A stretch of DNA of 64,000 nucleotides, taken from the NCBI RefSeq assembly GCF_004010195.1, contig NC_057750.1, positions 15,103,362 to 15,167,361 of the forward strand, written 5' to 3'. The notes under the pieces were generated by a model, which was given only the letters and a program-made list of their open reading frames with translations, made no database searches and had not been told where the DNA came from. Both the position numbers and the translations under genes were made by a program. The DNA comes from Chiloscyllium plagiosum (taxonomy: Eukaryota). Shown piece after piece: positions 25,308 to 37,235 of the stretch. Within the stretch, counting starts at the first letter, position 1. The number at the start of each line of letters is the position of its first letter.

Positions 25308-28300
25308 CCCCCAGTGAGAGCCAGTGTGTGTGGAGGACCCCGTATCCCAGTGAGAGTCAGTGTGTGTGGAGGATCCCGTATCCCAGTGAGAGTCAGTGTG
25401 TGTGGGGGACCCCGTACCCCAGTGAGAGTCAGTGTGTGTGTGGGACCCCATACCCCAGTGAGAGTCACTGTGTGTGTGGGACCCCGTACCCCAGTGAGAG
25501 CCAGTGTGTGTGTGGGGGACCCTGTACCCCAGTGAGAGTCAGTGTGTGTGTGTGTGGGACCACATACCCCAGTGAGAGTCAGTGTGTTTGTGAGACCCCA
25601 TACCCCAGTGAGAGTCAGTGCGTGTGTGGGACCCATACCCCAGTGAGAGTCAGTGAATGTGTGTGGGAATTGTACACCAATGAGAGTCAGTTGATGTGTG
25701 TGCATGGGGGACCCCTTACCCCAGTGAGAATCAGTGTGTGTGTGGGACCCCATACCCCAGTGAGAGTTAGTGTGCGTGTGGGAGCCATTCCCCAGTGAGA
25801 GTCAGTGTGTGTGTGGGAGCCATACCCCAGTGAGAGTCAGTGTGTGTGTGGGACCCCATACCCCAGTGAGAGTCAGTGTGTGTGTGGGAGCCATACCCCA
25901 GTGAGAGTCAGTGAGTGTGTGTGGGAGCCATACCCCAGTGAGAGTCACTGTGCGTGTGTGGGACCCATACCCCAGTGAGAGTCAGTGAGTGTGTGTGGGA
26001 ATTGTACTCCAATGAGAGTCAGTGTATGTGTGTGTGTGTGGGACCCGTAGCCCAGTGAGAGTCACTGTGTGTGCGGGACCCGTAGCCCAGTGTGAGTCAG
26101 TGTGTGTGTGAGACCCATAACCCAGTGAGAGTCAGTGTGTGTGTGTGTGAGACCCATACTCCAGTGAGAGTCAGTGTGCGTGTGTGTGAGACCCATACCC
26201 CAGTGAGTGTCCATGTGTATGTATGGGACCCATACCCCAGTGAGTGTCCATGTGTATGTGTGGGACCCATACCCCAGTGAGAGTCAGTGTGTGTGTGGCT
26301 CCCAATATCCCAGGTGGAGTCAGTGTGTATTTAGGACCCATACCCCAGTGAGAGTCAGTGTGTGTGTAGCACCCCATACCCCAGTGAGAGTCAGTGTGTG
26401 TGGGACCCCATACCCCAGTGAGAGTCAGTTGCGTGTGGCTCCCCATATCCCAGGGAGAGTCAGTGTGTGTGTAGGACCCATACCCTAGTGAGAGTCAGTG
26501 TGTGTGTGGGACCCCGTACCCCAGTGAGAGTCACTGTGTGTGTGGGACCCCATACCCCAGTGAGAGTCAGTGAGTGTGAGACACCATACCCCAATGAGAG
26601 TCAGTGTGTGTGTGGGACCCTGTACCCCAGTGAGTGTCAGTGTGTGTGTGGGACCCATACCCCAGTGAGGGTCAGTGTGTGTGTGGGACCCCATACCCCA
26701 GTGAGAGTCACTGTGTGTGTGGGACACCATACCCCAGTGAGAGTCCGTGTGCGTGTGGGACCCCATATCCCATGAGAGTCACTGTGCGTGTGTGGGACCC
26801 CATACCCCAGTGAGAGTCACTATGTGTGTGGGACCCCATAACCCAGTGAGAGTCAGTATGTGTGTGAGACCCCATACCCCAGTGAGAGTCAGTGTGTGTG
26901 TGGGACCCCATAACCTAGTGAGAGTCAGTGTGTGTGTGGGACCCTGTACCCCAGTGAGAGTCAGTGTGTATGTGGGACCCTATACTCCAGTGAGAGTCAG
27001 TGTGTGTGGGAGCCTGTACCCCAGTGAGAGTCAGTGTGTGTGTGGGACCCTGTACCCCAGTGAGAGTCAGTGTGTGTGTGGGACCCAGTACCCCATTGAG
27101 AGTCACTGTGTGTGTGGGATCCCCATAGCTCACTGAGAGTCAGTGTGTATGTGGGACCCTATACTCCAGTGAGAGTCAGTGTGTGTGGGAGCCTGTACCC
27201 CAGTGAGAATCAGTGTGTGTGTGGGACCCCGTACCCCAGTGAGAGTCAGTGTGTGTGTGGAACCCTGTACCCCAGTGAGAGTCAGTGTGTGTGTGGGACC
27301 CCGTACCCCATTGAGAGTCAGTGTGTGTGTGGGACCCCATAACCCAGTGAGAGTCAGTGTGTGTGTGGGACCCCATATCCCAGTGAGAGTCAGTGTGTAT
27401 GTGGGACCCCATAACCCAGTGAGAGTCAGTGTGTGTGTGGGACCCCGTACCCCATTGAGAGTCACTGTGTGTGTGGGATCCCCATAGCCCACTGAGAGTC
27501 AGTGTGTACGTGGGACCCCATAACCCAGTGAGAGTCCGTGTGTGTGTGGGACCCTATACCCCAGTGAGAGTCAGTGCGTGTGTGGGACCCTGTACCCAGT
27601 GAGAGTCAGTGTGTGTGTGGGAGCCTCTACCCCAATGAGAGTCAGTGTGTGTGTGGGACCCCGTACCCCAGTGAGAGTGAGTGTGTGTGTGGAACCCTGT
27701 ACACCAGTGAGAGTCAGTGTGTGTGTGGGACCCCGTACCCCAGTGAGAGTCAGTGTGTGTGTGGGACCCCATACCCCAGTGAGAGCCAGTGTGTGTGGGG
27801 GACCCTGTACCCCAGTGAGAGTCAGTGTGTGTGTGTGTGGGACCACATACCCCAGTGAGAGTCTGTGTGTTTGTGAGACCCCATATCCCAATGAGAGTCA
27901 CTGTGTGTGTGAGACCCCATACCCCAGTGAGAGTCAGTGTGTGTGTGGGACCCCATAACCCAGTGAGAGTCACTGTGTGTGTGGGACCCCATACCCCAGT
28001 GAGAGTCAGTATGTGTGTGGGACCCCATGCCCCAGTGAGAGTCAGTGTGTGTGTGGCACCCCATACCCCAGTGAGAGTCAGTATGTGTGTGGGACCCCAT
28101 ACCCCAGTGAGAGTCACTGTGTGTGTGGGACCCCATACCTCAGTGAGAGTCAGTATGTGTGTGGGACCCCATACCGCAGTGAGAGTCACTGTGTGTGTGG
28201 GACCCCATACCCCAGTGAGAGTCAGTATGTGTGTGGGACCCCTGCCCCAGTGAGAGTCAGTGTGTGTGTGGGACCCCGTACCCCAATGAGAGTCACTGTG

Positions 28301-29748
28301 TCTGTGAGACCCCATACTCCAGTGAGAGTCAGTGTGTGTGTGGGACCCCATAACCCACTGAGAGTCAGTGTGTGTGTGGGACCCCATAACCCAGTGAGAG
28401 TCAGTTTGTGTGTGGGACCCTGTACCCCAGTGAGAGTCAGTGTGTGCGTGGGACCCCGTACCCTATTGAGAGTCACTGTGTGTGTGGGATCCCCATAGCC
28501 CACTGAGAGTCAGTGTGTATGTGGGACCCCATAACCCAGTGAGAGTCAGTGTGTGGGTGGGACCCCGTACCCCATTGAGAGTCACTGTGTGTGGGATCCC
28601 CATAGCCCACTGAGAGTCAGTGTGTATGTGGGACCCCATAACCCAGTGAGAGTCAGTGTGTGTGTGGGACCCCATACCCCAGTGAGAGTCAGTGTGTGTG
28701 TGGGAGCCCATACCCCAGTGAGAGTCAGTGTGTGTGTGAGACCCCATACTCCAGTGAGAGTTAGTGTGCGTGTGGGAGCCATTCCCCAATGTGAGTCAAT
28801 GTGTATGTAGGACCCCATTCCCCAATGAGAGTCAGTGTATGTGTGGGACCCCGTACCCCAGCGAGAGTCAGTGTGTGTGTGGGAACCCATACCCCAGTGA
28901 GAGTCAGTGTGTGTGGGACCCCATACCCCAGTGAGAGTCAGGTGTATGTGGCTCCCCATATCCCAGGGAGAGTCAGTGTGTGTGAGAGACCCCATACCCC
29001 AGTGAGAGTCAGTGTGTGTGTGGGACCCCGTACCCCAGGGAGAGTCAGTGTGTGTGTGGGACCCCATACCGCAGTGAGAGTCAGTGTGTGTGTGAGACCC
29101 CATACCCAAGTGAGAGTCAGTGTGTGTGTGAGACCCCATACCCCAGTGAGAGTCAGTGTGTGTGAGACCCCATACCCCAGTGAGAGTCAGTATGTGTGTG
29201 GGACCCCATACCCCAGTGAGAGTCCGTGTGTGTGTGGGACCCCATGCCCCAATGAGAGTCAGTGAGTGTGAGACACCATACCCCAATGAGAGTCAGTGTG
29301 TGTGTGGGACCCTGTACCCCAGTGAGAGTCACTGTGCGTGTGTGGGACCCTGTACCCCAGTGAGAGTCAGTGTGTGTGTGGAAACCTATACCCTAGTGAG
29401 AGTCAGTGTGTGTGTGTGGCTCCCCATACCCCAGGGAGAGTCAGTGTATGTGTGGGACCCTGTTCCCCAGTGAGTGTCAGTATGTGTGTGGGACCCCATA
29501 CCCCAGTGAGAGTCGGTGTGTGTGTGTGTGGGACCCTGTACCCCAGTGAGAGTCGGTGTGTGTGTGGGACCCCGTACCCCAGTGAGAGTCAGTGCATGTG
29601 TGGGACCCCGTACCCCAGTGAGAGTCGGTGTGTGTGTGGGGGGGACCCCGTACCCCAGTGAGAGTCGGTGTGTGTGTGTGGGGGACCCCGTACCCCAGTG
29701 AGAGTCCGTGTGTGTGTGGAACCCTGTACCCCAGTGAGAGTCGGTGTG
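25308..29748. repeat. Minisatellite, unit about 33-37 bp (ccccagtgagagtcagtgtgtgtgtgggaccccata)
   Basis: Well over 100 tandem copies with a variable internal (gt)n tract. Confidence 0.97.
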
Positions 29749-29944
29749 ATCTCTCTCCCTTTTTCTCTCTCATTCTCTGTCACTATAAGGCTGCACTTTT
29801 CCTCACTCTCCATCTCCTTCTCTCTACCTCAGACTGCTCTCTGACCCCCTAACTCTCTTTCTCTGTCTTTCTGACTGTCTTTCTCTCAGACTGCATTCTG
29901 TTCCTCACTTTCCCTCTCCCACTCCCACTCCCTCTCTCTATTTC

Positions 29945-30117
29945 AGAGTCAGTATGTCTGTGGGACCCCATACCCCAGTGAGAGTCAGTGTGTGTGTGGG
30001 ACCCCATACCCCAGTGAGAGTCAGTGTGTGTGAGAGACCCCATACCCCAGTGAGAGTCAGTGTGTGTGTGAGACCCCATACCCCAGTGAGAGTCAGTGTG
30101 TGTGGGACCCCCATAGC
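29945..30117. repeat. Short block of the same minisatellite
   Basis: About 5 units separated from the main array by CT-rich sequence. Confidence 0.9.
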
Positions 30118-30920
30118 CCTCTGTCCTTCTCTTTCTCTTTCTTCCTGTCCCTCTATTTTTCTGTCGTCCCCATCTCTGTATCCCCCTCTATCTGCCTTAG
30201 TTTCTCTCCCTCTCTCTGTCCCCTTCTCTCTCTCAGACAGCACTCTGTTCCTCTCTTTCTCTCACTCTCCCTCCCTCTCTCTCTCTGACGCCCACTCTTT
30301 CTCTGGTTGCAATCTGTGGCCCTCTCTCTTTCTCTCTCTCTCCCTCTCTCTCTCTCAGAGTCCACTCTGTGCTCCTCTCTCTTTCTCTGTCTCTCCTCTC
30401 TCACTCTCTCTCAAGCAGATTATAGTCAGTTCCCTGTCTCTCTCTCTCACACACACAACACCCTGTCCCTCTCTCTCTCAGACTGCCCTCTGACCTCTCT
30501 CTCCCTTTCTCTCAATCTCTCACTACACTCTGTCCCTCTCTCTCAGAGTACACTGTCCATCCCTCTCTTTTTCTCCCTCACTTTCTCTCTGTATACCAGA
30601 CTGCACTCTGTTCCTCTGTCTCTCTCACACAACAGTCTGCCCCTCTCTTTCTCTCTCTCTCCCTTTCTCTCTCTCACTCAGACTGCACTCTGTCCCTGTC
30701 TCTCCTCTCACTGTCCCTTTCTCTCTCTCACTCACTACACTCTATCCCTCTCTCTCTCCCTCTCAGACTGAATTCTGTCCCTGTCTCTTTCTGTCCCTCC
30801 CTCACTCTCTCCCTCCCTCTCTCTCTGTCCCTCCCTCACTCTCTCTCCCTCTCTCTCTAACTCAGACTATGTTCTCTCATTTCTTCACCTGCTCCAATTC
30901 CCTCTTTCTCTCCTCTCTCG
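30118..30920. repeat. CT-rich low-complexity / degenerate (CT)n region
   Basis: Almost exclusively pyrimidines with a recurring ctcagactgcactctgt motif. Confidence 0.9.
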
Positions 30921-33392
30921 GTGTTTGCAGATGGTAGCTGCTGTTTGATGCCTGTGTCACTTCAGGAGATAGTGAGCAGGGAGATAACATCGTGAATTTA
31001 TCTCTTTCAGATCTTGTGACCTGCTCTGCTCTGTCTCTGTTTTACGTTTTGTTCCCTCACACCGTGGGGCTCACAGGGAGAGGGATATCGGGGGTTGGAC
31101 GAGTTAGAGGCAGGGTGGGATGGGAGGGGGGAGGTTGATGTCAATTGTTGTGAGATTAGTTTGAGGAAAGACGTGGGTGATGGGAACCAGAGCAGGAGGT
31201 CAGCAATTGGAGCAAGTGAGGAGAGATAGGAACTGAATTAAGCCATTCATTCCATCATGTTTGCACGCTATTTGAACATAGCTGATGTTTCTCACCCCCC
31301 GATTTGCTGTCTTTTCCCTGTAACCCTTGAGCCCCTTACCAATCAAGAACCTACCTCTCTCTGTCTTAAGTACACTCAATGACTTGGCCTCCACAGCCCT
31401 CTGCAATGAATTCCACAGATGGACCACCCTCTGGATGAAGAAATTCCTCTCAGTTCTAAAGGGTCGTGCCTTCACTATGAGGCTGGGCCCTCAGGTCCTA
31501 GTCTGTAAGCTTCAGTCAGATCCCCTTCATCTTTCGTGACTTCATTGAGTACAGACCCAAGGTCCTCAAATGCTCCTTATATGACAAGCCCTTCATTCTA
31601 CATGGACCACCACAACTAGATCTTTCCCTTCCCACTCCAAGTTCCTGTGCTGCCCAGATGAGATATCCTGAACCCAGGCATCTTTGTGACTCTCGCTCCT
31701 GTTCTCTGAGAACAGTGTCAATGCTATACTATATACAATCCCCTGACTATACTATCCTGGATTACAGTGACATTTCTCTTTTCTCCCTCCTCTTGAATGG
31801 CTCCCTGCACCACAGTACTATGATCAATTTGTTCATCCTCCCTACAGCCCCCCCCCCTCTCTCATCCACACTGGGAGCAAGAGTGACAAACTTGTTAGAC
31901 AAGTTCAAGGCCTGAGGCTCCTTCAGTACTACCTCCTTGAGAAGAATTGGCTGATTTGAGACAGTAAGGATGGCTTTGATCAGGGGCGAGGTCTTGTCTC
32001 ACAAATGTGATTGAGTGTTTGAGGAAGTCATGAAGATAATTGATGAACGTAGGGCAGCAGATGTTGTCTACATGCACAAAGAGACAACATAGTTTTGTTT
32101 TAGACAGTATCGAACAGGCAAGGTACAATTCTGTACCAAATCATTTGGACTAAGAGTAGCTCAGCAGCAGCACTGCTGATCGAGCTGGTCAGGTCCTAAA
32201 GGACATAACTGCTAGACTGGGCCTGCGGCAGGTGGTGAGGGAACTGACCAATCTGCTGGCTGTAGATGCGGCTGTCCATGACAGTATTGGTAAGAGCGAC
32301 CACCACACAGTCTTTGTGGAGACAAAATCCTACTGAGAATAATCTCCATCGTGTTGTGTGACACTATCACTTGTGCTAAATGGAACAGACTTCGAACGAC
32401 TGAAGACTGGGCATCCAGGAGGCACTGTGGGCCACCAACAACAGCAGAGCTGTACTCCAGCGCAATCTGCAACCTCATGGCCTGGCATATCCTCCAGTCA
32501 ACCATTACCGTCAAGCCATGGGATCAACCCTTGTCCAATGGAGAGTGCAGGAGCAGCACCAAACATACCTGAAAATGAGGTGTCAACCTGGTGAAGCCAC
32601 CTGGACTACTTGCCGCCAAACAGCATAAGCAGCAAGTGATAGACAGAGCTAGTGATCCCCCAATCCACAGATCAGATATCAAGAACCGATTAAAGATACT
32701 GCAAAGACTACAGGCCCTGGCAACATTCTGGCAATAGTACTGTAGACTTATGCTCCAGAACTTGCCGCTCTCCTGTCTAAGCTGTTCCAGTACAGTTACA
32801 ACATTGATACCTACCCGACAGTGTGGAAAATTGCCCGGGTATGTCCTGTACACAAAAAGCAGGACAAATCCAACCCGGCCAATTACCGCCCCATCAGTCT
32901 ACTCTTGGTCATTAGTAAAGTGATGGAAGGGTGTCATCGACAGTGCTATCAAGCAGCACCTGCTCAGCAATAACCTGCTCAGTGACACCCAGTTGGGTTC
33001 CGTCAGGGTCACTCAGCTCCTGACCTCATTACAGCCTTAGCTCAAACATGGACAGAAGAGCTGGATTCCAGAGGGGAGGGGAGAGGGACAGCCCTTGACA
33101 TGGAGGCTACATTTAACTGGGTGTGGCATCAAGGAGCCCTAGCAAAACTGGATTCAATGGGTATCGGGGGAAAACTCTCCTCTGGTTGGAGTCATACGTG
33201 GTACATAGGAAGCTGGTTGTGGTTGGACTGACAAGTGGTAAGTGACTTTCATGCCATGAAAAATGCCAGGCAATGACAGTCTCCAATGAGAGTCAACCAA
33301 ACCATCAGCCCTTGATATTCAATGAGGTTACCATCACTGAATCACCTACTATCACCATCCTGGAAGTTACCATTGACCAGATACTCAAATGG

Positions 33393-33576
33393 TGAAAAAT
33401 GTGTTGCTGGAAAAGTGCAGCAGGTCAGGCAGCATCCAAGGAGCAGGAGAATCAACGTTTCGGGCATAAGCCCTTCTTCAGGAATCCTGCTCCTTGGATG
33501 CTGCCTGACCTGCTGCGTTTTTCCAGCAACACATTTTTCAGCTCTGATCTCCAGCATCTGCAGTCCTCACTTTCTC
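33393..33576. mobile_element. 184-bp fold-back family A PLE derivative with hammerhead in the loop
   Basis: Inverted arms 33393-33448 / 33485-33540; exact 16-bp TSD ccagatactcaaatgg at 33377-33392 and 33577-33592. Confidence 0.85.
33454..33481 (-). ncRNA. Minimal hammerhead ribozyme motif (family A)
   Basis: Minus strand CUGAAGA-A-GGGC-UUAU-GCCC-GAAA-CGUU. Confidence 0.6.
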
Positions 33577-34274
33577 CCAGATACTCAAATGGACCAGCCA
33601 CATAAACACAATGGCTATGTGAGGGTAGGAATACATTAACAAATAACTCACCTCCTCACTCCCCAAATCCTGTCCACGATCTACAATGCACGGGTTAGGA
33701 ATGTGATGGAATACTCTCCAGTTTCCTGGATGGGTCCAACTCCAAGAAGATTAACACCATCCAGGACATAGCAACCAATTCGATCGGCACCACATTCACA
33801 AGCATCCACTCCCTCCACCATCAATGCTCAGTAGTGGCAGTGTGTGCTATCTACCAGATGCACTGCAGAAATTCACCAAAGATCCTGAGACAGCATGTTC
33901 CAAACCCATGATCACTTCCATCCAGAAGAACAAGGGCAGCAGACACATGGGAACACCAGCCCCTGCAAGTTCCTCTCCAAGCCACTCACCATCCTGACTT
34001 GGAAATATATTGCCGTTCCTTCAGTGCCGCTGGGTCAAAATCCTGGAATTCCCTCCCTAAGGGCATTGTGGGTCAACTGACAGCAGGTGCACTGCAGTGG
34101 CTCAAGAAGAACCATCTTAAGGTCAATAAATGTCCCAGCCAGCGCTGTCCACTTCTGATGAGTGAATGCCAAAAAGGAAGAAGATGAAGCAGACTTTCTA
34201 GTTAAAGAGGAAGGCTGCAAAACATTAGAACATTTTTAAAAAGTAAATGCACATCCTGGAGGACTGATGTCCTT

Positions 34275-34755
34275 AGAGTCATAAAGATATACAGCACAGA
34301 AACAGACCCTTCGGTCCAACTCGTCCATGCCAACCCAATCTAGTCTCAGACTGAGACTCCCAGCACCCGGCCCATATCCCTTCAAACCCTTCCTATTCAT
34401 ATACCCATCCAAATGCTTTTTAAATGGTGCAATTGTACCAGCCTCCACCACTTCCTCTGGCAGCTCATTCAATACAGGTACCATCCTCTGCATGAAAACG
34501 TTGCCCCTTAGGTCTCTTTTATATCTTTCTCCTCTCACCCTAAACCTATGCCCTCTAGTTCTGTACTCCCCGACCCCAGGGAAAAGACTTTGTCTATTTA
34601 TCCTATCCATGTCCCTCATAATTTTGTAAACCTCTATAAGGTCACCCCTCAGCCTTAACCGATGTCCTGTACAGCTGCAACATGACCTCCCAACTCCTGT
34701 ACTCAATATTCTGACCGATAAAGGAAAGCATACCAAATGCCTTCTTCGCTATCCT
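34275..34755 (-). mobile_element. CR1/HER1 LINE 3' fragment
   Basis: RLRGDLIEVYKIM...NELPEEVVEAGTIA. Confidence 0.88.
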
Positions 34756-35164
34756 TGTGGGTAGATAAATGACTAAGGCAGGATGAATTATGTCTAAAGC
34801 TATGAAAGGTTGTCAGGAATAAAATAACAAGTACTCTTAGGATCATTATGTAATCCTCAGTAGATACAGGTGAGGGAATAGAGGCTTAGGGTCTGAATAT
34901 GGTCTCGCTGTTCCAAATGAATTTGAGGGTATCGGCCAAGTCATGACCTGTATAACTGATGCATTACTTCTCATATTCAATTCCTGGCAAGGAAATGTAA
35001 CATTCTATGAGCTTTCCTGGTTGCATGTTGAACAATCTGTGATTCATGATCCAGGACACCCAGATCCCTCTGCATCTCTGAGCTCTGCAATCTCTCACCA
35101 TTTAGGTAATAGGCTTCTTTTTAATTATTTCTGCCAAAACGGACAATTTCACATTTATCACAGA

Positions 35165-35445
35165 ATCCCGACAGTGTGGAAGCAGGCCATTTGGCCCATT
35201 GGGTCCACACCGAAGAGCCAGATTCATTCCCCCCTACCCTATTCCTGTAGCTATAGCTAACCCACATCCCTGGACATTATGGGCAATTTCCCATGGTCAA
35301 TCCACCTAACCTGCACATCTTCGGTCTGTGGGAGAAAATCAGAGCACTCTGAGGAAACTCACACAGACACAGGGAGAATGTACAAACTCCACACGGACAG
35401 TCACCCGAGGCTGGAATCGAACCCGGGTCCCTGGTGCTGTGAGGC
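35165..35445 (-). mobile_element. HE1 SINE (partial)
   Basis: Reverse-complement HE1 core and tail. Confidence 0.8.
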
Positions 35446-35654
35446 ATTCAGTCACCTATCCCTCACATTATACTCCACGAGCCATGCTATAACCATTTGA
35501 AGGCTACTTACACCCTCTTCTGATGCTCTTTGTATGAATTTCGGATTTCCAGTTTTCCTTTAGATGTTGTGTTTTCAGCCTGGATCTGTCACCCCACATC
35601 CAGCTGGTCCTGAATAGTTTCGAGTCAGTTCTCTAACACCGCTCTTCTCTCCAG

Positions 35655-35821
35655 AATTACAGACAATTTAACGTTCAGGTTGCTCTGATTGGTGTAGAGG
35701 TATGAACCACCCACAAGATCAGCATCGACAGGAGTGCTTCGGATAACATGAACCGATTCCTCACATGGAGAAGGAACCAACTATTCCCTTGAATGCTCAA
35801 TGACAATGCCCATCTCGATGC
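35655..35821 (+). pseudogene. Isolated ADAM/reprolysin (M12B) metalloprotease pseudo-exon
   Basis: Acceptor ctcttctctccag, donor gtgagg; translates NYRQFNVQVALIGVEV*TTHKISIDRSASDNMNRFLTWRRNQLFP*MLNDNAHLD, matching the ADAM pattern Y--LN--V-L-G-EVW...F--WR---L------DNA-L; two in-frame TGA stops. Confidence 0.8.
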
Positions 35822-36509
35822 GTGAGGGCCTAGACTCTGGGATTGCACCAACCTTCTGGACATGCTCATAACCTCTTTCTCAGAAGTGGAACTCAGTGAC
35901 ACTGACACCCATTAATTCTGAAGAACATTCATGTCAGGTTTGAAACATTAATTCTGTCTCCCCCTCCACAGATGCTCAGTTTTCATGGTACATTTTTATT
36001 TTAGATTTCCAGCATCTGCAATCATTCACTTTTCGTTATTTGTTAGGTGGTGGTGAGTTGCCTTCTGAACTGCTGTAGTCCACATGCTGTGGGCTGACCC
36101 ACAATGCCCTCAGGGAGGGAATTACAGGATTTTGACCCAGCGACACTGAAGGAATGGTGACATATTTCCAAGTCGGGATGGAGAGTGAGGGGAACTTACA
36201 GCTGGTGGTGTCTGTCTCCCCCCTCTGACAGGACAGATCCTAAGGTCTTGGTGATCGTGCACTTTATCAGAATCGCAGGATCATTATGGTTCTGAAGGAG
36301 GACGTACAGTCATGTATAGATATGTTCTTCATTGGTAAGGAGATCAAGGGTAATGGGGACAAGGCAGACGAAAGGGATTCAGGGAAAAAAATCTGCCATC
36401 CTTACCTGGTCTGGCCCACGTGTGACTTCAGACTCACAGTGATTTGATTGGCTCGTAACTGCCCACTGGGCAATTATGGATGGGCAATAATGGCTGGCCT
36501 AGCCAGCAG

Positions 36510-37082
36510 TTGGATATAGGAGTTGGGATATCATGTTGGGATAACATTGGTGAGGTCTTTTCTGGAATAGTATGCCCAGTTCTGGTCGCCCTGATATAGG
36601 AAGGATATTATTAAACTGGAGAGGGTTCAGAAAAGACTTACCAGAACTTTACCAGCACCAGAGGGTTTGAGTTATTAATATAGGCTGGGACTTCTTTCAC
36701 TGGAACATAGGAGGTTGAGGGGTAACCTTATACAGGTTTACAAAATCATGAGGGCATAGTTAAGGTAAATAACGAGGGTCTTTTCCCGAGGGATGGAATT
36801 CAAAACTAGGGGGCATATCTTTAAGGTGAGGGTGGAAAGTTTTAAAAAGGACATAAGGGGCAACTTTTTTCATAGAGAGTGGTTCGTGTGTGGAATGAAC
36901 TGCCAGAGGAAGTGGTGGATGCAGGTACAGTTACAACATTTAAATGACATTTGGATATGTACAGGAATAGGAAAGGTTTGGAAGGATAAGGGCCAAACAC
37001 AGACAAGTGGGACTAGTTTAGTTTGGGAACATGGTCGATGAGGATTAGTTGGACTGGAAGGTCTATTTTCATACTGTATGAC
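36510..37082 (+). mobile_element. CR1/HER1 LINE 3' fragment
   Basis: FKTRGHIFKVR..KKDIRGNFF and tail. Confidence 0.85.
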
Positions 37083-37090
37083 TGTGCGAC

Positions 37091-37235
37091 CTGTACCCCA
37101 GTGAGAGTCAGTGTGTGTGTGTCCCGTACCCTATTGAGAGTCAGTGCATGTGGAGGACCCCATACTCCAGTGAGAGTCAGAGTGTGTGGGAACCATACCC
37201 AATGAGAGTCAGTGCATGTGTGTGTGTGAGACCCT
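37091..37235. repeat. Orphan block of the 25-30 kb minisatellite
   Basis: About 4 units of cagtgagagtcagtg...cccata. Confidence 0.85.

Larger units (their letters stand above)
32300..34170 (+). mobile_element. Decayed non-LTR retrotransposon ORF2 (CR1/L2-group, distinct from HER1)
   Basis: YPTVWKIARVCPVHKKQDKSNPANYRPISLL and GHSAPDLITAL motifs with frameshifts; related pieces at about 45230-45860 and 59290-59660. Confidence 0.8.

Noticed and set aside
25283..29852. His/Thr- and Cys/Val-rich repetitive ORFs, or a CRISPR-like array
   Set aside because: Translations of a tandem repeat in many frames; no unique spacers, no cas genes, eukaryotic context
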